Part shown: piece by piece, positions 5,908 through 11,218 of the stretch | Layout: each line of letters starts with the position of its first letter | Numbering within the stretch: position 1 is the first letter of the stretch | Origin: Marinifilum sp. | GTDB taxonomy: Bacteria; UBA9089; CG2-30-40-21 | Assembly (NCBI GenBank): GCA_020717845.1 | Contig: DYDG01000074.1 | Location: forward strand, 1-11,218 | Reading direction: 5' to 3' | Length of the DNA: 11,218 bases | Notes under the pieces: generated by a model | What the model saw: the letters and a program-made list of their open reading frames with translations, nothing else | Databases searched by the model: none | Told to the model about the DNA's origin: nothing | Program-made: the position numbers and the translations under genes

Positions 5908-7356
5908 ATGGCATACAAAGATTTGCATGAATTCATAGATTTATTAGAAGAGAGAAACCTTTTAATCAGGATAAAACATGAGGTGAGTTGTGATCTGGAG
6001 ATTACAGAAATCGCAGACCGCATGGTTAAAAGGGATGGGCCGGCACTATTATTTGAAAATGTTAAGGGGCATAATTTTCCGGTAATCATAAATGCCTTTG
6101 CCTCTTATGAAAGGATGCAATTAGCCCTTGAGGTAAATAATATCAATGATATTGCCAAAAGGATTACAGACCTTTTGACTATGGAGCCGCCAGACACCAT
6201 CTGGCAGAAGATATTGATGCTGCCAAAGCTTCATGAACTCAGCCAGTTTATCCCAAAAAATGTAAAAAACGGGCCGTGCAAGGATGTGATTATCAAGGGT
6301 GCTGATGTCGATGTCTTAAGGTTTCCTATACTCAAATGCTGGCCATTAGATGCTGGACGGTTTATTACCCTGCCCATGGTCTTTACTAAGGATATTCAAA
6401 CCCAGAGGATGAATGTGGGGATGTATCGGATGCAGGTGTATGATGGAAAAACCTGCGGGATGCACTGGCATATGCACAAGGATGGGGCAAGACAGTATAA
6501 AAGATACGAGGAGACAAATCAGCGGATGGAGGTAGCTGTCGTTATTGGTGCTGATCCAGCCAGCATGTATGCTGCTACCTGCCCATTGCCTGAAAGCATA
6601 GATGAGATGCTCTTTGCAGGATTCTTGCGAAAAAAACCAGTAGAGCTTAGTAGGTGTGAAACCGTAGATATAGATGTTCCGGCTAATGCAGAGATAGTGT
6701 TAGAAGGATATGTCGATCCACATGAACGCAGGATTGAGGGGCCATTTGGCGACCATACTGGATTCTACTCCCCGGCAGATGAGTATCCAGTCTTCCATAT
6801 TACCTGTATTACTCATAGGAATGATGCTATATATCCTACAACCATTGTGGGCAAGCCGCCTATGGAAGACTGTTTCTTTGGCAAGGCAACAGAAAGAATA
6901 TTCCTTCCGCTGCTGAAACTTCAGCTGCCAGAGATTGTAGACATGAATCTTCCTCTTGAGGGTATATTCCATAATTGTGTGATTGTTTCCATCAGAAAAG
7001 AGTATGTAGGGCAGGCAAAAAGGGTTATGCACTCTATCTGGGGCATGGGACAGATGATGTTTAGCAAGGTTATAATTATTGTTGATGATGATGTTAATGT
7101 TCAAAACCTGTCTGAGGTTGCCTGGAAGGTATTAAACTATATGGATCCTCGTCGTGATATTTCTTTTGTTGATGGCCCGCTTGATGTTTTGAACCATGCC
7201 AGTAATATTGCCGAGTATGGCTCAAAAATGGGCATAGATGCTACCACAAAGGGGACAGAAGAGGGCATGACCCGCCCCTGGCCAACCCTGATTAGTATGG
7301 ATGATAAGATAAAAAAGCTGGTGGATGAACAATGGAAAACTTATGGGTTTGAGTGA
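5908..7356 (+). CDS. ubiD: UbiD-family (prenylated-FMN-dependent) aromatic acid decarboxylase
   Basis: N-terminus MAYKDLHEFIDLLEERNLLIRIKHEVSCDLEITEIADR and length 482 aa are typical of UbiD (3-polyprenyl-4-hydroxybenzoate decarboxylase-like) proteins. The conserved central and C-terminal blocks are present. It lies immediately upstream of a UbiA-family gene. Confidence 0.9.
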   Translation: MAYKDLHEFIDLLEERNLLIRIKHEVSCDLEITEIADRMVKRDGPALLFENVKGHNFPVIINAFASYERMQLALEVNNINDIAKRITDLLTMEPPDTIWQKILMLPKLHELSQFIPKNVKNGPCKDVIIKGADVDVLRFPILKCWPLDAGRFITLPMVFTKDIQTQRMNVGMYRMQVYDGKTCGMHWHMHKDGARQYKRYEETNQRMEVAVVIGADPASMYAATCPLPESIDEMLFAGFLRKKPVELSRCETVDIDVPANAEIVLEGYVDPHERRIEGPFGDHTGFYSPADEYPVFHITCITHRNDAIYPTTIVGKPPMEDCFFGKATERIFLPLLKLQLPEIVDMNLPLEGIFHNCVIVSIRKEYVGQAKRVMHSIWGMGQMMFSKVIIIVDDDVNVQNLSEVAWKVLNYMDPRRDISFVDGPLDVLNHASNIAEYGSKMGIDATTKGTEEGMTRPWPTLISMDDKIKKLVDEQWKTYGFE

Positions 7357-7420
7357 TAGGACATATATGTCATATAGGTTTTATATGTCGTATAGGTCTT
7401 ATAAGACTTATAGGACATAT
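7357..7420. repeat. Three tandem copies of an ~18-bp repeat ending in TATAGG, containing two perfect 12-bp palindromes (GACATATATGTC at 7360-7371; GTCTTATAAGAC at 7396-7407)
   Basis: The three units are ACATATATGTCATATAGG, TTTTATATGTCGTATAGG and TCTTATAAGACTTATAGG. They are flanked by a direct repeat ATAGGACATAT (7357-7367 and 7410-7420). The array lies between the ubiD stop (7354-7356) and the ubiA RBS. Confidence 0.7.
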
Positions 7421-7433
7421 GGGAGAATGATTC

Positions 7434-8288
7434 ATGGTTTTAACCAGACTGCTACAGTTTGTGGAATTAGTGAAATTCGAGCATACCATCTTTGCCCTTC
7501 CCTTTGCCTATCTTGGGGCTATTTTAGCCTGTGAAATGATCCCCTCATTTTATTATTGGTTGTGGATTACTCTGGCTATGGTTGGTGCCAGGACAGCAGG
7601 CATGGCACTAAACAGATTAATTGACCGCCACATAGACGCAAATAATCCAAGGACACAGAATCGAGCATTGCCAAAGGGACTGATCCCCTTATGGCAGGTA
7701 TGGCTATTATCCATTGTCTCATTTGTTTTGCTTCTGTTCTCAGCCTATAAACTCAATCCATTATGCTTTGTTCTTTCTCCGCTTGCAGTGGCTATGTTGA
7801 TTGGCTATTCATGGCTAAAACGCTGGACATGGCTGTCACACCTTGGGCTTGGAGCTGTCCTTGCCTGTGCACCAATCGGTGGATGGCTGGCTATATGTGG
7901 AAGATTTGATATTATCCCTATGATTCTTGGGCTTGGGGTGCTGTTTTGGGCTGCTGGTTTTGATCTTATCTATGCCACGCAGGATGTAGATTTTGACAGG
8001 CAGAACAGACTCTATTCTATCCCGCAGTTCTTTGGCATAAAAAATGCTTTGTTTGTTTCAAGATATTTTCATGTTGTAACCATTATTATCTTGATAATAA
8101 TAGGGAACATGGTTCCTCTGGGATTATACTATTGGCTTGGGGTAATGTTCACAACCATTTTGCTCATCTACGAGCATATGCTTGTCTCTTCAACAGACCT
8201 TTCCCGTGTTAATCAAGCGTTCTTTGTTGTAAATGGCTGGATAAGTATAGGGCTGTTTGGGTTTACGATTGTGGATGTTGTTTTATAA
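7434..8288 (+). CDS. ubiA: UbiA-family aromatic polyprenyltransferase (4-hydroxybenzoate / 1,4-dihydroxy-6-naphthoate prenyltransferase-like)
   Basis: Nine predicted TM helices. Asp-rich motif NRLIDRHIDANNPRT (NxxxDxxxD) and a second motif YATQDVDFD are both present. GGGAGA RBS at 7421-7426, 7 nt upstream of the ATG at 7434. Confidence 0.85.
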   Translation: MVLTRLLQFVELVKFEHTIFALPFAYLGAILACEMIPSFYYWLWITLAMVGARTAGMALNRLIDRHIDANNPRTQNRALPKGLIPLWQVWLLSIVSFVLLLFSAYKLNPLCFVLSPLAVAMLIGYSWLKRWTWLSHLGLGAVLACAPIGGWLAICGRFDIIPMILGLGVLFWAAGFDLIYATQDVDFDRQNRLYSIPQFFGIKNALFVSRYFHVVTIIILIIIGNMVPLGLYYWLGVMFTTILLIYEHMLVSSTDLSRVNQAFFVVNGWISIGLFGFTIVDVVL

Positions 8289-8289
8289 G

Positions 8290-8413
8290 CGTTCAGGTGT
8301 AAATAAGGGAAAAGGGGAAAGTATGGGAAAATGGAAAAGGAAGAAATAGAATATTAATGATTTACTTCCCTTTTTTCCAGTTTTTCCATTTTTCCTTCAT
8401 TACACCCTGAACG
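8290..8413. repeat. Long imperfect hairpin / mirror element: ~13-bp outer stem (cgttcaggtgtaa ... ttacaccctgaacg) enclosing a polypurine arm and a polypyrimidine arm
   Basis: The left arm is purine-only: GGGAAAAGGGGAAAGTATGGGAAAATGGAAAAGGAAG. The right arm is pyrimidine-rich: CTTCCCTTTTTTCCAGTTTTTCCATTTTTCCTTC. In RNA the two arms could pair in many registers, using A-U, G-C and G-U pairs. The element starts 1 nt after the ubiA stop and is followed by aattttt. Confidence 0.6.
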
Positions 8414-8562
8414 GTTACAAATTTTTGCATCTCTACTGCACCTCATGAGAGAGCCCTTCTATTAATACCTGTAATTGTAGAAGAAAACAACAAAGCTTTG
8501 TTTATTAGAGACAATTGTGGAATTTAGATGTGTTTGTGGAGAGGGAGTAAAAGGAGGAGTTT

Positions 8563-9843
8563 ATGAACGCAAATACTACAGTAGTTGAAAATCATAGATG
8601 GCGGGTTACATTTGCTGCCATTGGCATTAACCTCGCTCTGGGTATCTTGTATACCTGGAGCGTCATTAGCAAGGGTGTGCCCCAGGGTTGGAATTGGAGC
8701 GAAGCTGACAAATCGTGGCCATATGCGATTGCTTGCCTGGTATTCTCGATTGTGATGGTTCCAGCGGGTTGGCTTCAGGATAAGATCGGCCCCCGTATCG
8801 TGTCCAGCTTGGGCGGACTTCTGGTTGGCATCGGCTTTATAATGGCCAGTATGACTACCTCACCTTTGGGTTACATGCTTGGTTTTGGCTTGCTTGCCGG
8901 TGCTGGGATAGGTTTTGGCTATGCGTCCACAACCCCGCCGTCAATAAAGTGGTTTCCGGCAGCTAAGACAGGACTTATTGCGGGAATAGTGGTTTCCGGA
9001 TTTGGACTGGCCCCTGTTTATGCCGCCCCTCTGACAAAGTGGTTGATAGGTGCTTACGGTATTAACCGGACGGTTATGGTATGTGGCATTGTCTTTCTGA
9101 TCGTCGTGGTTGGACTTGCCCAAATATTGAAGTCGCCTCCAAAAGGCTATGTGCCTGCTGGAGCCGATCAGGCAAAGGTAACGAAAGTTGGCAAAAAAGA
9201 AGATTTTACCCCAATGGAGATGCTTGGCACGGTACAGTTTTATATGATCTGGTTTATGTATGCCTGCGGCGCCGGCGCCGGGCTTATGATCATTGCCAAA
9301 CTATCCCTAATCGCCAAGCAGCAGGCAAATATTGACCTGGGTTTTATTCTCGTGGCAGTGTTGGCTATCGGCAATGGGGCGGGTCGCATAATAGCCGGAA
9401 TGCTAAGCGACAAGATCGGACGTAAAGCCACCATGTCCTTCTGCTTTGTGTTTCAGGCTGTTTTGGTCTTCTTGCTTTCACGGGCAAGCAGCGGCAGTGT
9501 TCTGGCAAGTATTTCGGTTCTGGCAATAATTTCATCGCTTATCGGGGCGAACTACGGGGCGAATCTTTCGCTCTTTCCGTCTATTACCAAAGACTTTTAT
9601 GGCTTAAAGAATTTTGGGACAAACTACGGGCTGGTATTTACCTCCTGGGGTGTCGGCGGGTTTACACTGGCGCTTCTGGCTGGTAAACTGTATGATATAT
9701 ACCAAACCTTTACCCTGGCCTACTACGGTGCGGGAGTCTTATTGATCCTGGCAGCGATTATGGCAATTTTTGTTAAGCTGCCGCATCACAGCCTCGAACC
9801 TGTCTTAGGGGATGTTGATGCAGAAATGGAAGAGGGAAGGTAG
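8563..9843 (+). CDS. MFS transporter, oxalate:formate antiporter (OFA) family
   Basis: Twelve predicted TM helices. The OFA-type loop motif GWLQDKIGPR is present, along with the GG/AG-rich helices typical of MFS. AAAGGAGG RBS at 8548-8555, 7 nt before the ATG. The gene appears noticeably more GC-rich than its neighbours (sampled 60-nt windows 47-62% GC). Confidence 0.85.
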   Translation: MNANTTVVENHRWRVTFAAIGINLALGILYTWSVISKGVPQGWNWSEADKSWPYAIACLVFSIVMVPAGWLQDKIGPRIVSSLGGLLVGIGFIMASMTTSPLGYMLGFGLLAGAGIGFGYASTTPPSIKWFPAAKTGLIAGIVVSGFGLAPVYAAPLTKWLIGAYGINRTVMVCGIVFLIVVVGLAQILKSPPKGYVPAGADQAKVTKVGKKEDFTPMEMLGTVQFYMIWFMYACGAGAGLMIIAKLSLIAKQQANIDLGFILVAVLAIGNGAGRIIAGMLSDKIGRKATMSFCFVFQAVLVFLLSRASSGSVLASISVLAIISSLIGANYGANLSLFPSITKDFYGLKNFGTNYGLVFTSWGVGGFTLALLAGKLYDIYQTFTLAYYGAGVLLILAAIMAIFVKLPHHSLEPVLGDVDAEMEEGR

Positions 9844-9967
9844 TAATTGGTCAGTCATTGGTAGGAAGATGTGTAAGAAGAAGGAGAAAGAGCTTTAAGG
9901 TGTGTGTATCTTTCCTATAGAAATTCCCCCAATTCACTGACGCATTACAAGTTTTGCAAAAATTTAC

Positions 9968-9996
9968 TTGACACAAAAATCAATCCATGTTATTAT
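9968..9996 (+). promoter_or_regulatory. Near-consensus sigma-70/SigA promoter for rplM-rpsI: TTGACA, 17-bp spacer, extended -10 TGtTATTAT
   Basis: TTGACA at 9968-9973, TG at 9988-9989, TATTAT at 9991-9996. An A/T-rich tract (tttgcaaaaatttac) lies upstream. The promoter is about 40 nt upstream of the AGGAGG RBS. Confidence 0.55.
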
Positions 9997-10034
9997 TATA
10001 AGATTAAAAGGATAATTATCTTAAAGGAGGAACG

Positions 10035-10469
10035 ATGAAGACGTATATGGCAAAGACAGGCGAGGTAAAAGGGAGATGGTATGTGGTTGATGCTACAAAT
10101 ATTGCCTTGGGAAGGCTGGCAAGTTGTGTAGCAAAGATCCTTAGAGGGAAAAATAATCCTCTTTTTACCCCACATGTTGATACTGGTGATTCGGTAATCA
10201 TCATTAATGCAGATAATATCTTGCTTACAGGCAAGAAAAAGCAGCAAAAGTTTTATTATCGGCATACCGGGTATCTGGGAGGATTAAAGAGTACCCGCTA
10301 CGATAAGCTCTTGTCAACTAATGCTGACAAGGTGATTATGCTTGCAGTGAAAAGAATGATTCCTGATACTGTTCTTGGTCGAGCAATGTTTGGGAAACTA
10401 AAGGTTTATACTGGTGATGTGCATCCACATGAGGCTCAAAAACCAGAACTGTTGAAGCTAAAACTATAA
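10035..10469 (+). CDS. rplM: 50S ribosomal protein L13
   Basis: Translation MKTYMAKTGEVKGRWYVVDATNIALGRLAS...YYRHTGYLGGLK... is unmistakably uL13. AGGAGG RBS at 10026-10031. Confidence 0.95.
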   Translation: MKTYMAKTGEVKGRWYVVDATNIALGRLASCVAKILRGKNNPLFTPHVDTGDSVIIINADNILLTGKKKQQKFYYRHTGYLGGLKSTRYDKLLSTNADKVIMLAVKRMIPDTVLGRAMFGKLKVYTGDVHPHEAQKPELLKLKL

Positions 10470-10521
10470 GAATTTACTGCACCTTCTCAGTGGTGAGTAG
10501 TTACAAAGGAGGATTGTTAGA

Positions 10522-10920
10522 GTGGAAGGAAATCACTATTATGGAACAGGTCGTCGAAAAAGGGCTATTGCCCGTGTAAGATTAGTTGCTGGAACCGGAA
10601 AAATGATGGTTAATAATCTGGATATAGCAGAATATCTGGGTGGTTTGATTGATACACAATTGGCTATTGTCCAGCAGCCATTGGTTGCTACCTCAACCAT
10701 TGGTAGATATGATGTGCTTATCAGGGTAGGCGGTGGCGGGAAGATAGGACAGGTTGGGGCTATCCGTCATGGTATTGCCAGGGCATTACTGGAGTCTAAT
10801 CTGGAATTTAAGCCTATATTACGTAAAGGCGGATTCTTGACCAGGGATCCACGAGAGCATGAACGAAAGAAGTATGGCCTTTATGGCAGAAGACGTCGTT
10901 TCCAGTATTCTAAGAGGTAA
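10522..10920 (+). CDS. rpsI: 30S ribosomal protein S9
   Basis: ...[16 protein letters not shown]...[19 protein letters not shown]...RRRFQYSKR is unmistakably uS9, including the C-terminal QYSKR. GTG start at 10522 with an AAAGGAGG RBS at 10505-10512. It follows rplM in the conserved order. Confidence 0.95.
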   Translation: MEGNHYYGTGRRKRAIARVRLVAGTGKMMVNNLDIAEYLGGLIDTQLAIVQQPLVATSTIGRYDVLIRVGGGGKIGQVGAIRHGIARALLESNLEFKPILRKGGFLTRDPREHERKKYGLYGRRRRFQYSKR

Positions 10921-10934
10921 AGAAAAGGTACATA

Positions 10935-11008
10935 GACTGAAGGCTGATAGGTATATTGTATGTAGCATAGACATTCCTGTCTGTGCTACATAGCCTTGCC
11001 TTCAGCCT
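10935..11008 (+). repeat. Compound stem-loop after rpsI: inner 14-bp stem (tatgtagcatagac / gtctgtgctacata, 1 mismatch) inside an outer CTGAAGGCT / AGCC..TTCAG helix; no U-tract
   Basis: The inner stem pairs 10959-10972 with 10978-10991. The outer helix pairs ctgaaggct (10938-10946) with agcc(ttgcc)ttcag (10992-11005). It shares the CTGAAGGCTGA motif with the 3446-3548 element. It may be an operon terminator or a processing structure. Confidence 0.4.
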
Positions 11009-11025
11009 AAACTTGCATTATTAAA

Positions 11026-11063
11026 TACCCCCTGCTGGCATGGATATGTGTCTGTAGGGGGTA
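11026..11063 (+). terminator. 10-bp G/C-rich stem (TACCCCCTGC / GTAGGGGGTA) with an 18-nt loop; weak downstream U-run
   Basis: 7 perfect C:G/A:T pairs plus 3 further pairs, one of them G·U. The following sequence is ggttatatc. It is the second structure downstream of rpsI. Confidence 0.3.
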
Positions 11064-11218
11064 GGTTATATCAATGAATGCTCATGAACAACTCTGATAA
11101 GCGTTCACGGGGTCATATAGTAGCTACTGAAATAAGAACTACTGCTTCATTCCATTTACTATTGTGGGTAGAGTCTCTTGAGTTTGATCCGAGCTTTCTC
11201 GGTGGTGTCTGAGAATAA

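Noticed and set aside
5621-5930. ORFs 5621..5833 (+), 5730..5930 (+) and 5679..6089 (-)
   Set aside because: They lie in or span the repeat-rich leader and overlap the well-supported ubiD gene on the other frame or strand. They have no RBS and no family signature. They are open only because of the repeat composition.
189-7104. Minus-strand ORFs 189..386, 197..460, 457..678, 2759..3199, 6700..7104 and other short antisense ORFs
   Set aside because: All are antisense shadows of confidently identified + strand genes, or lie in the promoter region of the radical-SAM gene. The translations are low-complexity and have no motifs.
7357-7420. Tandem repeats as a possible CRISPR array; also as the small ORF 7325..7534 encoding a YR-rich peptide
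   Set aside because: The units are 18 bp, contiguous, with no unique spacers and only 3 copies. The ORF is simply the repeat translated, and it overlaps the ubiA RBS and start in another frame.
9851-9937. Imperfect inverted repeat GTCAGTCATTGG / CCAATTCACTGAC flanking about 75 nt upstream of the rplM promoter
   Set aside because: Only 11 of 13 positions match and there is no supporting structure; this is plausibly chance. It is noted only as a possible terminator for the MFS gene.
8285-11108. Exact 11-mer ATAAGCGTTCA at 8285-8295 and 11097-11107
   Set aside because: About 15 chance 11-mer matches are expected in a window this size, so the match is not significant by itself.
11170-11200. GAGTTTGATCC resembling the 5' end of 16S rRNA (AGAGTTTGATCCTGGCTCAG)
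   Set aside because: The downstream bases read CGAGCTTTCTCGG rather than TGGCTCAG, and the upstream context does not fit. The similarity is limited to 11 nt, so there is no support for an rRNA gene.

Overview
All supported genes in this 11.2 kb window are on the + strand; none of the listed minus-strand ORFs is credible. The region looks like a chromosomal locus of mixed housekeeping and envelope functions from a low-GC bacterium (background roughly 40% GC). The organism is probably diderm: an outer-membrane beta-barrel protein is encoded here alongside Firmicutes-style extended -10 promoters and a YabE-like DUF348-G5-3D gene. In order, the window holds: a 5'-truncated ORF open to the window edge; a radical-SAM/SPASM enzyme; a YbhN/UPF0104 'flippase-like' membrane protein; a DUF348-G5-3D cell-wall protein behind a near-consensus promoter; an SPFH/stomatin-family protein; a signal-peptide beta-barrel protein with a PorV/UPF0164-like N-terminal motif and a C-terminal SH3b domain; a UbiD-family decarboxylase plus UbiA-family prenyltransferase pair (resembling the late futalosine/menaquinone module); a comparatively GC-rich MFS transporter of the oxalate:formate-antiporter family; and the rplM-rpsI ribosomal operon. 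No RNA gene can be supported from the sequence. The most unusual content is non-coding. Nearly every intergenic gap carries a distinct structured repeat. These are: a heptad-based inverted repeat after the 3D gene; a 20-bp perfect inverted repeat embedded in scrambled direct repeats upstream of ubiD; three 18-bp tandem repeats with two perfect 12-bp palindromes between ubiD and ubiA; a ~125-bp polypurine/polypyrimidine hairpin after ubiA; and further hairpins after rpsI. Some short motifs are shared between the gaps. The radical-SAM/SPASM plus flippase-like pair and the beta-barrel-SH3b fusion are the protein-level candidates most worth following up. I cannot assert a known defence or mobile system from sequence alone.
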